Notes under the pieces: generated by a model | Databases searched by the model: none | Seen by the model: the letters and a program-made list of their open reading frames with translations, nothing else | Told to the model about the DNA's origin: nothing | Shown here: positions 1 to 9,158 of the stretch, in pieces | Numbering within the stretch: position 1 is the stretch's first letter | How the letters are laid out: every line of letters starts with the position of its first letter | Translations under genes and position numbers: made by a program | Assembly (NCBI GenBank): GCA_963848295.1 | Contig: CAWKDB010000010.1 | Coordinates: forward strand, 544,001 to 608,000 | Direction: 5' to 3' | DNA: 64,000 nucleotides | Source: an uncultured delta proteobacterium | Lineage (GTDB): Bacteria > Myxococcota_A > Polyangia > Haliangiales > Haliangiaceae

Positions 1-1122
1 ACCGGAGCCGGCGCATCCGTGTGCGATACGACGGTCTCGCCGCACGAGTGCGTCGAATGCACGTCGGGTGATCACGCGGCGTGTAGCGGCACGACCCCGG
101 TCTGCGGCACCGATGACACCTGCGGCGCGTGCACGATGGACAGCCAGTGCACGGACTCCGGCGTCTGCATGCCCGACGGCTCGTGCGCCGTGGCCGCTGA
201 TGTGCTGTACGCGGATCCCACGGGCAGCGGCAGTGACTGCACCAAGATCGCGCCGTGTGATCTGCCGACGGCGGTCGGCAAGGTCACGACGACGCAATCG
301 ATCGTCCACCTCAACGCAGGTACCTACGACCTCACCGACACGCTCACGCTGACCGGAACGATGACCCTCGTTGGCCGCGGGGCGGGCGTTGACCGCAACG
401 CCGGTGCCTCGGGTCCGACCCTGTCGCTTCACAGCGCGGCGAACGTCACGATCGATTTCCTCGAAGTATTCGGCGGCGACGGAGTCACAGGCGACGGCAT
501 CGACTGCCCGGCTGCGATACTCAGCGTTGAGCAGGCGCTTATCGACAACAACGATGGCTCGGGAATCAGCACGAACGGCTGCACGCTCACCCTCTCTCGG
601 TCGACGCTCACCCTCAACTCGGGCGGTGGTATCGACATGGTCGGGGCTACGACGTTCACGATTTCCAACAACTTTATCTACCGGAATGGGAATTCGTCAA
701 CGTCGTCGGTCGGCGGAGCCTCGCTCACGCCTACAGGGACGAGCACCTTCGAGTTCAACACGGTCGTCGACAACGAGATCAAGAACAGCACGGTCTTGGC
801 CGGCGGCGTGTTGTGCGATCAGAGTGGGTTCACCGCGCCGAACAACATCATCGCGCGCAATGACGTAAACAGCATGGCCAGCGCTACCAACGCAAACACC
901 CTCGGCCAATGTACCTACCCAACCTCGTTCATCATGGCCGATCTCACGAGCCTCGCGCTCGGGAGCCCCGACAACACCCCGTACGACTACCACCTCACTG
1001 CAGCGAGCACACCTGCCATCGATCAGGCGACCGCGGACTCGACGGTCAAGGTCGATGTCGACGGCGATTCTCGCCCGCAGGGTAACGGCTACGACATCGG
1101 CGCCGACGAGTACAAACCATAA
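1..1122 (+). CDS. Cys-rich right-handed beta-helix surface protein with choice-of-anchor Q-like C-terminus (5' partial)
   Basis: Frame is open from base 1. Cys-rich N-terminus, Asn/Gly-rich beta-helix-like repeats, C-terminal DGDSRPQGNGYDIGADEY. Paralog of 1951..3231 and 14058..15224. Confidence 0.8.
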   Translation, partial: TGAGASVCDTTVSPHECVECTSGDHAACSGTTPVCGTDDTCGACTMDSQCTDSGVCMPDGSCAVAADVLYADPTGSGSDCTKIAPCDLPTAVGKVTTTQSIVHLNAGTYDLTDTLTLTGTMTLVGRGAGVDRNAGASGPTLSLHSAANVTIDFLEVFGGDGVTGDGIDCPAAILSVEQALIDNNDGSGISTNGCTLTLSRSTLTLNSGGGIDMVGATTFTISNNFIYRNGNSSTSSVGGASLTPTGTSTFEFNTVVDNEIKNSTVLAGGVLCDQSGFTAPNNIIARNDVNSMASATNANTLGQCTYPTSFIMADLTSLALGSPDNTPYDYHLTAASTPAIDQATADSTVKVDVDGDSRPQGNGYDIGADEYKP

Positions 1123-1144
1123 GCATCGCAAGGTCGTGGGCGTG

Positions 1145-1933
1145 ATGGGGACACAAACATTGCAGCCGCACCTCGCGTGCGTGCGCACCGTCGTCGACAA
1201 GCGCGCCCACGCCAACAGCATCGTGTTCGCTCGCGCCGACGTCACCCCGACCGACGACGGCACCCGCAACATCACGCTCGTCGGCTACTGGCTCGTCAAG
1301 GGCCACGACGCCGTCGCCGAGCGCCGCAACTGCGAGCGCTGCACCGACCAGAGCCTGCGCAACGCCGCCGACGACATGATGACCGCCCTCGCCCACGCCG
1401 GCGAGCTCGACCCCGGCCACCTCGCCCTCCGCTCCACCCCGCCAGGCGCCAAGGTCCTCATCGACGGCACCCCCGTCGGCGTCACCCCGCTCGACTACGA
1501 CCTCGCGCCCGGCAACCACAAGATCTCCGTCACCGCCGACCAGCACAACGTCGAGACCCGCGACGTCATCGTGCGCAAGGGCGAGACCACCACCGTCGAC
1601 ATCCCGCTCAAGGACCTCGGCGACGCCGGCCCGCCCGACACCGGCCGGCCCTCCCACCTCGTGCCCGGCATCGTCATCGGCGCCGGCGCGGTCGCCGCGA
1701 TTGCAGGCGTCGCGATGATCGCGAGCGACAAAGGCACGCCGAGCCCGATCGGGGTGCAACAGCCGAACTATCCGAACAGCTCGCCCGGCGACTACGTGCT
1801 CGCCGGTGCCGGCGCGGTCGCGATCGGCGTCGGCGTGTACTTGTGGTTGCGCGCGAATTCGCATGCGGACTCGGCTCCGATCGCGACGGTGACGCGCGAC
1901 GGCGGCGTCGTTGGTTGGTCTGGTCGCTTCTGA
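1145..1933 (+). CDS. PEGA domain membrane protein, probably lacking its N-terminus
   Basis: STPPGAKVLIDGTPVGVTPL...LAPGNHKISV PEGA motif, two hydrophobic segments, C-terminal GWSGRF. No signal peptide, so the start is uncertain. Confidence 0.7.
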   Translation: MGTQTLQPHLACVRTVVDKRAHANSIVFARADVTPTDDGTRNITLVGYWLVKGHDAVAERRNCERCTDQSLRNAADDMMTALAHAGELDPGHLALRSTPPGAKVLIDGTPVGVTPLDYDLAPGNHKISVTADQHNVETRDVIVRKGETTTVDIPLKDLGDAGPPDTGRPSHLVPGIVIGAGAVAAIAGVAMIASDKGTPSPIGVQQPNYPNSSPGDYVLAGAGAVAIGVGVYLWLRANSHADSAPIATVTRDGGVVGWSGRF

Positions 1934-1950
1934 TTCTCGAGGAGGACGTC

Positions 1951-3231
1951 ATGGTCAAGACTTGCTTCGTGCTCGCTCTCACCGCTCTGCTTGCCGCGGG
2001 ATGCAACAAGAGCAACCCGAACTATTGCCCGGGCAACCCGGACAACAACTGCACCGAAACCGACGGCGGCAGCGACGGCGCTACCTCGTGCGGCTCCAAC
2101 GCCGACTGCACCGGCGCCGGCGCGATGGTCTGCGACACGCAGCTCTCGCCGCACGAGTGCGTCCAGTGCACGTCGGGTGATCAAGCTGCCTGCAGCGGAG
2201 CGACGCCGGTCTGCATCGGTGATTCGTGTGCCGCTTGCACGATGCACAGCCAGTGCGCGTCGGGAGTCTGTTTGCCCGATGGCTCGTGCGACGACGGCAG
2301 CGACGTCGCTTATGTCGACCCGGCTGGCACGGACAACGACACGTGCTCGAAGGCCATGCCGTGCACCAAGGTCGCCAAGGCGCTCGCGACGAACATGGCT
2401 TACGTCAAGATGACCGGCTCGACCGACGAGCAAGTGACGATCAACAACCAGACGGTCACGATCCTGGCCGATCCGGGCGCCCAGCTGACGTCGACCAGCA
2501 TCGGCGTGATCCTGAAGGTCGACGGAACGAGCGTCGTGAAGATCTACGACCTTCAGATCGTGAACGGCCTCGGCGCAACTGGAATCGGTATCTCGATGCC
2601 GCCCGGCAACACGGCTTCCCTCGCCCTCGGTCACGTCCAGATCACTGGCAACACCGCTGCCGGTATCTCTGCGAATGGCGGGACCCTGACGGTTTCGCAA
2701 TCCACACTCGCCCTGAACGGAGCGGGTGGTATCGACCTCACCGGCGCCACGACGTTCACGATCACTAACAACTTCATCTACCGGAACGGGGACTCGTCGA
2801 CCTCGTCGGTCGGAGGCGCCTCGCTCATGCCCGCCGGCACGAGCACCTTCGAGTTCAACACCGTCGTCGATAACTTGGTAAAGAGCGGTGGCGGGCTCGC
2901 GGGTGGAGTCGCGTGCGATCAAACCGGCTTCGCGGCGCCCAACAACATCATCGCCCGCAACGAGGTGAACGGGATGGCTTCGGCCACGAACGCAAACACC
3001 AACTCACTCCTACTCTGCACCTTCCCGACCGCGGTGGTGGCGACAGACCTCACGAGTCTTGCTCTCGTGAGCCCAGACACCTCGCCCTATGACTACCACC
3101 TCACCACCGCGAGCACGCCCGCCATCGATCAGGCGACGGCGGATGCGACGGTCAAGGTCGATGTCGACGGCGACACTCGCCCGCAGGGCAACGGCTACGA
3201 CATCGGTGCCGACGAGCTCAGGCAGCCGTAA
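1951..3231 (+). CDS. Lipoprotein, Cys-rich beta-helix protein with choice-of-anchor Q-like C-terminus
   Basis: GGAGGA RBS before ATG 1951, lipobox LLAAGC, DGDTRPQGNGYDIGADE. The 3' half closely resembles the 1..1122 gene. Confidence 0.85.
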   Translation: MVKTCFVLALTALLAAGCNKSNPNYCPGNPDNNCTETDGGSDGATSCGSNADCTGAGAMVCDTQLSPHECVQCTSGDQAACSGATPVCIGDSCAACTMHSQCASGVCLPDGSCDDGSDVAYVDPAGTDNDTCSKAMPCTKVAKALATNMAYVKMTGSTDEQVTINNQTVTILADPGAQLTSTSIGVILKVDGTSVVKIYDLQIVNGLGATGIGISMPPGNTASLALGHVQITGNTAAGISANGGTLTVSQSTLALNGAGGIDLTGATTFTITNNFIYRNGDSSTSSVGGASLMPAGTSTFEFNTVVDNLVKSGGGLAGGVACDQTGFAAPNNIIARNEVNGMASATNANTNSLLLCTFPTAVVATDLTSLALVSPDTSPYDYHLTTASTPAIDQATADATVKVDVDGDTRPQGNGYDIGADELRQP

Positions 3232-3419
3232 ACGCATCCCGGATAGCTTGGAACGGGTTCGGTCTCGCCGGGCCTCCAACCACGGTGTCACCGAGGGGCT
3301 GTACCAGGAGGTGGCCCCGACTAAATGAAGATCATGGCGCACGCGCCTGCCAGACCGCGAACGCAAAGCAGTACGCGGCACGGAGTGCTGAACCGCGACT
3401 TGGCCGAGATCCGGCCGGA

Positions 3420-3442
3420 CAATTACCTCCGGTTCGGCCTCG
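3420..3442 (+). repeat. 23-bp direct repeat, copy 1 (CAATTACCTCCGGTTCGGYCTCG)
   Basis: 22/23 identical to 8416..8438. A 13-bp partial copy lies at 3256..3268. Confidence 0.8.
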
Positions 3443-3490
3443 GCCGCAAACAGCCGTAGCAGCCGGCCAAGGCGGGCGGAACTGTGGAGA

Positions 3491-4264
3491 ATGGTACCGA
3501 TGTCTGCTGATAGTGTGCGGTGCATGCCATCCAGCGACGGAGTCCGAGAGGCTTTGCACCGCCTAGTACCGGAGCTCGCCAGCGGCGAAGTCAGCATCGT
3601 CGCGATCGCGCGCGAGGTCGGACAGCGCACGAAGATCATGGTCGCGGGTACGGTCGAGAACCCGGTCGAGGCATTTGTCGGTGCCGACGAGGAACGCGTC
3701 ACGGCGCTTTCGACCGAGCTGGGCGAGCCGGTAGACCTAATAGCTTGGAACGATGATCCGGTCGGCCGTGTTTGCGACGCACTCGCACCATTCCGTGTCT
3801 TGCACGCGTTGATCGACGAAGACGGCCGGAACGTGCGGATGGTCCTCGCCGACCCCCATCCGGACGACTTCGCTGAGCCCGGCGAACCGATCGACGCCCG
3901 CGTTCGCATGGTCCATCTCAGGCTTGCGGCATCACTGACACAAGTGAGTATCGAAGCGTGGACCGAGGAACGTTGGTCTCAAGCGAGCGATGCGGAATGG
4001 CTGGCACCGTTCGAGAGGCTTCCCCCTGTGCAGCGATGGGGCGACGACATGCTGGCTCAAGCCGCGGAGTTACAATTGGTGGCGAGCGACATCGGCGCCG
4101 CCTTGGCCGCGCACGAGGTCGACGTACAGAACGTCGCGGTCTCGACCAACTCGGTCATCCTATTCGGCGTGCGCGATGCAGAGATCTTGCGACGCGCCGT
4201 CGAGATCGTTCGCCGCGAGCTCGATCGCCAGGGACTCACGCAGCGAGTGGTCACATCGGCGTAA
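3491..4264 (+). CDS. Protein with a NusA KH1-like domain and an unknown C-terminus
   Basis: VPELASGEVSIVAIAREVGQRTKIMV...PVEAFVG...RVTALSTELGEPVDLIAWNDDP resembles NusA KH1. No NusA N-terminal or S1 domain. Start uncertain. Confidence 0.6.
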   Translation: MVPMSADSVRCMPSSDGVREALHRLVPELASGEVSIVAIAREVGQRTKIMVAGTVENPVEAFVGADEERVTALSTELGEPVDLIAWNDDPVGRVCDALAPFRVLHALIDEDGRNVRMVLADPHPDDFAEPGEPIDARVRMVHLRLAASLTQVSIEAWTEERWSQASDAEWLAPFERLPPVQRWGDDMLAQAAELQLVASDIGAALAAHEVDVQNVAVSTNSVILFGVRDAEILRRAVEIVRRELDRQGLTQRVVTSA

Positions 4265-4806
4265 CGTTGTTACGCGCGTGAACGCGCCGGACTTGCGGAG
4301 CCGGACCGGAGCCAGACCCGACCGGAGTTCTATCGTCCAGCCGCCAACGATCGGCGAGCAAATCTCGCGCGTCGCGCGCCCCGCGCGGCGTCAGCAAGCC
4401 CGATCTCAATCGGCGTCCCGCGCAACGCCTCCGACAGCGCGCCGAGCTGGTCATGGAAGCTCAGTCCTTCTCAAAGCCTTTACAACGCGGATGCGTGATG
4501 AGCTCGCGCCAATTGGTGCTCTCGCCGTCCGTGAAGCCGTAATATGTGATCGAACCGATCATTATTCTGCTTCTGATGTCGCTGCAAACGCGCAGCAGGG
4601 TAGCCACGCACCGGGTGCCTCGCGGGCTTCGGCCTCGATCCAAGCATCGCGAGGTCGCGTCTTAAACGCCGAACGGCGCTCCGCGGAGACCCTCGAGCAA
4701 CAGCGCGACACGAAATCGCTAGCCAGCATACTTACCCTTCATTTGGAGGATCCAAGGATCGGGCGACGCGGACGCAGCCTCCAACCTCAAGGCATCCAGC
4801 AGGGCG

Positions 4807-7174
4807 TGTGGGTTCCGGAAATTCTGACCTGACCGATTCCGGAAATTCTGGCCACTCCGGATCGCCAACCGGTGACCCGGGGCACTCCATCTCGCCGACG
4901 AGCAATCGCGGCGAGGCAAGGAATGATCGACATGGTCAGAAGACACGAAGTCCAGGTCCTGCGACGCGCAGGTCACAGCCTGGCCGAGACCGCCAAACTG
5001 GTCGGCGTCTCGCAAAGAAGCGCTCGACGTCTCGCCGCTGAAGCGGCGGTCGCGAGCTTTGACACGGAGGCCGAGCGCGAGAAGCGCGGGATCGGACGGC
5101 CCTCGAAGGCCGAACCGTTCAGGAGCTTCCTCGTCGCCGAATTGGCCGTGCAGCCCGACGTACTCGCCGTCGAGCTACTCCGGCGTGCGAAGAACAAGGG
5201 CTACGCGGGCGCCAAGAGCGCGCTCTACGAGCTGGTGAAGGAGCTGCGGCCCAAGCGCATCCGTCCCATCGTCCGCTTCGAAGGGCTCCCGGCCGAATTC
5301 TCACAGCACGACTTCGGGCACGTCGATGTGCGATATCTCGACGGGCGTGTCGAGCGCGTGCACTTCTTCGCGTCGCGGTTGAAGTACTCGCGCTGGGTCC
5401 AGGTGAGCCTGGTCGAGAACGAGCAGGTCGAGGCGCTCGTCCGCGCGATGGTCGATCACTTCGCCGCCTGGGGCGGCGTACCGCTCGTCTCGGTCTTCGA
5501 CCGGCCCAAGACGATCGCGCTCAAGTGGACCAAGGAGGGCGTGGTCACCGAGTGGAACCCGGCCTTCGCCGGCGTCGCGCTCGACCTCGGCATCGGCGTC
5601 GAGCTGTGCTGGCCGTACAGCCCGGAGCAGAAGGGGTCGGTCGAGAACCTCGTCGGTTGGGTCAAGGGCTCCTTCTTCAAGCAGCGCCGCTTCGTCGACA
5701 CGGACGATCTGCATCGCCAGCTCGCCGAGTGGCACGACGAGGCCAACACGCAGCGCGCGTCGCGCGCGACCCGCATCGTCCCCGCCGTGCGGCTCGCCGA
5801 GGAGAAGCCGCGGCTGCGGCTGCTGCGCACCGTGCCGGCCGACCTCGCGCTCCGCATCCCGCTGACCGTCGGCCCGACGGGGTACGTCGTGCACGACACG
5901 CATCCGTACTCGATGTCCCCTGATGCGCTCGGCTTGCCGTGCACGCTCTGGCTGTACCGCGACCGCGTGAAGATCGTCGCTGGGCGCTTCGTCTCGGAGC
6001 ACGAGCGGAAGTTTGGTCGCGACGAGGGCTCGACCTTGCCGGAGCATCGCGCGCCGCGCGTCGCTGCCGTCCACGGCAAGCGCGCCAAGCGCTACACGAA
6101 GCGCGAGCATCTGCTCGGCCTCGGCGAGGAAGCGCTCGCGTACATCACCGAGGTCGTCCATCGCCGGCCCAAGGTCTGGTACCGCGACGTCGACGAGCTG
6201 CACGACCTTCTCGAGGTCTACGGCGACATCGCCTTGCGGCTCGCCTTTGTGCGCGGCCTCGCCGAGCGCGTCTACGGACACGAGTACATCGCCCACTACC
6301 TCGCTAACCCCGTCGGCGTCATCCGCGCCGCTCAGCAGGAGCTCTTCTCGTGAAGCCATTCGATCTCAACGTCGACGCCATGCTCAAGCGCCTCAGCCTC
6401 GCGAACACGCGTCGCACGTGGCGCGACCTCGTCGCGCGCGCCGAGAAGGAACAGTGGAGCTACCACGACTTCCTCTCGACGCTGGTCGCAGAGGAGGTCG
6501 CCCATCGCCAGCAGACGCGCATCCAACGCAACGCTCAGCGCAGCTGCTTTCCCTTTCTCAAGACCGTCGACGACTTCAACTTCACCTACCAAAGCACCGT
6601 CAAGCTCGCGCTGCTGGGCTCGGCGCTGTCACCCGACTTCGTCACCGACGGGCGGAACCTGATCTTCCACGGCAAGCCGGGACGCGGGAAGACACACCTC
6701 GCGGTCGCGATCGGCTACCGCGCGATCCAGAACGGCTTCGACGCCCTCTTCGTCACCGCTGCCGAGCTCATCGAGGACCTCTCCGTCGCTTCGCACGACA
6801 ACCAGCTCGCCGATGCGCTCGTGCGCTACGTCGCGCCTCACGTACTCATCGTCGACGAGGTCGGCTATCTCACCTACGGCCAGGACGCGGCGAACGTCCT
6901 CTACCACGTCGTCACGCAGCGCCACCAAGCGCGACGCTCGATGGTCTTCACTTCGAACAAGCCGCCCGACGACTGGGGCACGGTCCTCCACGATGACGAC
7001 CTCGCCGCGGCGATCATCGACCGGGTGCTCGAGCGCGGTCGCCTGCTCAAGCTCGATGGTCCCTCGATGCGCACGCAGCACCTCGGGCTTGACGCGCCGG
7101 CTCACGCTGCGGCAGGGTCTCCGGAGGTGGCCAGAATTTCCGGAATTCAGGGGCCAGAATTTCCGGAACCCACA
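4807..7174 (+). mobile_element. IS21-family insertion sequence, 2368 bp
   Basis: TG...CA ends. TIR TGTGGGTTCCGGAAATTCTG / CAGAATTTCCGGAACCCACA with a second internal repeat at each end. 5-bp target duplication GGGCG (4802..4806, 7175..7179). Carries istA and istB. Confidence 0.95.
4923..6353 (+). CDS. istA: IS21 transposase IstA
   Basis: N-terminal HTH, then RFEGLPAEFSQHDFG, VSVFDRPK and PEQKGSVENLV (DDE motifs). Confidence 0.92.
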   Translation: MIDMVRRHEVQVLRRAGHSLAETAKLVGVSQRSARRLAAEAAVASFDTEAEREKRGIGRPSKAEPFRSFLVAELAVQPDVLAVELLRRAKNKGYAGAKSALYELVKELRPKRIRPIVRFEGLPAEFSQHDFGHVDVRYLDGRVERVHFFASRLKYSRWVQVSLVENEQVEALVRAMVDHFAAWGGVPLVSVFDRPKTIALKWTKEGVVTEWNPAFAGVALDLGIGVELCWPYSPEQKGSVENLVGWVKGSFFKQRRFVDTDDLHRQLAEWHDEANTQRASRATRIVPAVRLAEEKPRLRLLRTVPADLALRIPLTVGPTGYVVHDTHPYSMSPDALGLPCTLWLYRDRVKIVAGRFVSEHERKFGRDEGSTLPEHRAPRVAAVHGKRAKRYTKREHLLGLGEEALAYITEVVHRRPKVWYRDVDELHDLLEVYGDIALRLAFVRGLAERVYGHEYIAHYLANPVGVIRAAQQELFS

Positions 7175-7273
7175 GGGCGGAATGAGATGGATCGATCTGC
7201 AACAAGCGCCAGAGAACATTCGGCACGCCGCGAACCTCAGCGAGACGATCTCGATCCGTTTGGACCAACCTAA
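6350..7273 (+). CDS. istB: IS21 helper ATPase IstB
   Basis: Walker A GKPGRGKT, Walker B LIVDEVGY, AIIDRVLE. GTGA overlap with istA. Confidence 0.92.
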   Translation: MKPFDLNVDAMLKRLSLANTRRTWRDLVARAEKEQWSYHDFLSTLVAEEVAHRQQTRIQRNAQRSCFPFLKTVDDFNFTYQSTVKLALLGSALSPDFVTDGRNLIFHGKPGRGKTHLAVAIGYRAIQNGFDALFVTAAELIEDLSVASHDNQLADALVRYVAPHVLIVDEVGYLTYGQDAANVLYHVVTQRHQARRSMVFTSNKPPDDWGTVLHDDDLAAAIIDRVLERGRLLKLDGPSMRTQHLGLDAPAHAAAGSPEVARISGIQGPEFPEPTGRNEMDRSATSAREHSARREPQRDDLDPFGPT

Positions 7274-7555
7274 GGAGCCGTTGTATCGCGTTAGCGCCAC
7301 GTTCCCATGGCAGTTGCCAGACAACCGCGCGTTCAGGAGCGGTCCCTGATTCTATCAAGGAGAGGGCGGCCTCTCCGAGAGCCCGCTCCGCTGGCGTTCC
7401 TTTTAGCTGCTCCGCCAGCTCCGCCAGCGCCGAGGCGACATCGATGTCGGATCGCAGCCAGGATGGCCCCAACGAGTATCTTGCCGCTTCGCGGATCACC
7501 GCCAGCCAATTCGTGTCGTCGCCGTAGGTCCGGCCCAAATAGGTGACAGCGCCGC

Positions 7556-7952
7556 TCATTTGATCACCAGAGGCGAACGCGTGAGTTCGGAGAGCAGAAT
7601 TGGGCCCATCACGATCTCGCGTATCGGCACTTGGCCGTTCACCTGCGGGCTCGTTCTGCCATGCGGCTCGTTCCAATCTCGATTCAACACACCTTCTGGC
7701 GCCAAGGTAAGATCGAGTGCTGTTGGACGGAACGCTCCCTCATCGTGCCCAGGGGAGACAACAAGTTCCTCGGGGATCTGGGCGATCTGGTAGCCGTCCG
7801 CGTACTCCGGCCCAACAGCGAGCTGACTTCTCAGTTCCATCGGAGGGATCCCTTCGGGAACATCGTTGCCAGCAAAGTACCAGCCCGACGCACCAGGCGG
7901 CCAATCACCTACGACTGCACTGGCGTCCACGTCGGTCATTGGGTCGAAGCCG
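7556..7952 (-). pseudogene. Orphan toxin C-terminal tip
   Basis: FDPMTDV...GASGWYFAGNDVP...RPTALDL...GRT...REIVM matches the C-terminus of the 9155..13935 protein. It has no cognate start. Confidence 0.8.
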
Positions 7953-8408
7953 AGCCGACACGGCGCTGCCGGCTGCCGAGGCGATCCCGGCGGTCGCGAT
8001 CGTGATCGCGACCGCTTTGGCGAGCGAGACGAGCGCCTGAATGAGCTCGGCATCGTGAACCCTCTCGCGAACCTCATGGATGAAGTCGCGCAGATCCTCG
8101 TCGCCGGCGATCCGCGCGAACGCCTTGCGCGCCGCCGCGAGGCCGTACGCTCGGCCCTGCCACTCGCCCCAGCCGTCGGGGGCTCGCTCGTCGACCTGCA
8201 CCACCGGCGTGCCGTCGCGCTGCGCTTGGATCCACAACCTCTCGATCGAGAACAACCGATCCCGGACGTCCGAAACCAAGTCAGGCGGGAGCTTCAGCCC
8301 CGGGAACATGCGGTGGAAGTCCTCGCCGCTTCCGAACGCGTGGTCAGCGGCGGCCTGCAGCTCGAGCAGCGCGTCGCGCGCGGCGGTGATCCGCGATCGC
8401 AGCGCGAC
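7953..8408. repeat. 456-bp near-identical copy of 10841..11296 (mid-region of the large toxin gene)
   Basis: Direct comparison. About 3 mismatches seen, all near 8040..8058. Confidence 0.9.
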
Positions 8409-8415
8409 GTCTCGG

Positions 8416-8438
8416 CAATTACCTCCGGTTCGGTCTCG
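8416..8438 (+). repeat. 23-bp direct repeat, copy 2
   Basis: 22/23 identical to 3420..3442. Lies 7 bp from the end of the 456-bp duplication. Confidence 0.8.
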
Positions 8439-8684
8439 CGGGAGTGAGCCGCGCTGCGCAGGCACACCACGTACTTTCCGCCCGAGCGGCCCGTCGAGCG
8501 CTCTGTACCCGTCGAAGACCTGGTCGACCTCGCGATCGTCGGCGCGACCGCTGCATTCTCCGCCGGGCCACTGCTCTCTTGCGGCTCGCCGAACCATCGC
8601 TCTCGATCGCCCGTCGCGTCATGAGTGTACGTGAACCCGAAGGCTGATCGACGCCCGCAGCACGGCCATCCCTGCGATGGCGTC

Positions 8685-9158
8685 TTACGGCCCGAGAAAC
8701 CTCTTTGCGGTCTCGCGAGTCAGGTCATCCGCGTCAGGCTTCGCGGCCTCGCGGTGCAAGAAATCAAGCACTCGTCGATCGTGGGGAAACTTGTTCGCAA
8801 GCTTCCACAGCACGGTGGCTACGTCGCGCGGGTTGCGGCCGAATCGCTCGGGCTCACGCTCCAACATCGCGAGGACCCGCGATGGCGCATTGGGAGCATC
8901 TTCGTACGGCAGAACTGATGCCATCTCGGCTTCTGCGCACTCACTCGTCTCGATCACGCTGAGAGCCGCGTCGGCGAGTCGTTCGCGCAAGCCCGTTCCG
9001 TGAAATGCCTCGCCCCAATCAGCCACCGCCCACACGTGCGGAAGATCTGACCGCAGCCATGACGGGCCGTTCCCCTTTACGGCATCACGTACCTCGGCGG
9101 CGAAATCGCTGCCTTCATCGAAGACTCGCCCACGATATTCGACGCGCGTCGCTGTCAC
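8685..9158 (-). CDS. Putative cytoplasmic immunity protein (157 aa)
   Basis: GTG start overlaps the toxin TGA. Shares GPSWLRSD, AALS-IE, LP-E and VLW-L with the IS-split paralog. No signal peptide. Confidence 0.75.
   Translation of the reverse strand: MTATRVEYRGRVFDEGSDFAAEVRDAVKGNGPSWLRSDLPHVWAVADWGEAFHGTGLRERLADAALSVIETSECAEAEMASVLPYEDAPNAPSRVLAMLEREPERFGRNPRDVATVLWKLANKFPHDRRVLDFLHREAAKPDADDLTRETAKRFLGP

Larger units (their letters stand above)
4719..7559 (-). pseudogene. Putative immunity gene (155 aa when rebuilt) interrupted by IS21
   Basis: 7559..7175 joins 4801..4719 in frame (IDPSHSAL-LDALRLEAA). Paralog of 8685..9158. ATGA overlap with the orphan toxin tip. Confidence 0.8.

Noticed and set aside
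3325..3459. 44-aa ORF ending NYLRFGLGRKQP
   Set aside because: Too short and unrecognisable. Kept only as context for the 23-bp repeat.
3990..4718. ORFs between the NusA-like gene and the immunity remnant
   Set aside because: No motifs, atypical composition, and overlap with better-supported features.
4807..4855. Short repeats TTCCGGAAATTCTG as a possible CRISPR array
   Set aside because: They are the multiple terminal repeats of the IS21 element. There is no spacer array and no cas gene in the window.
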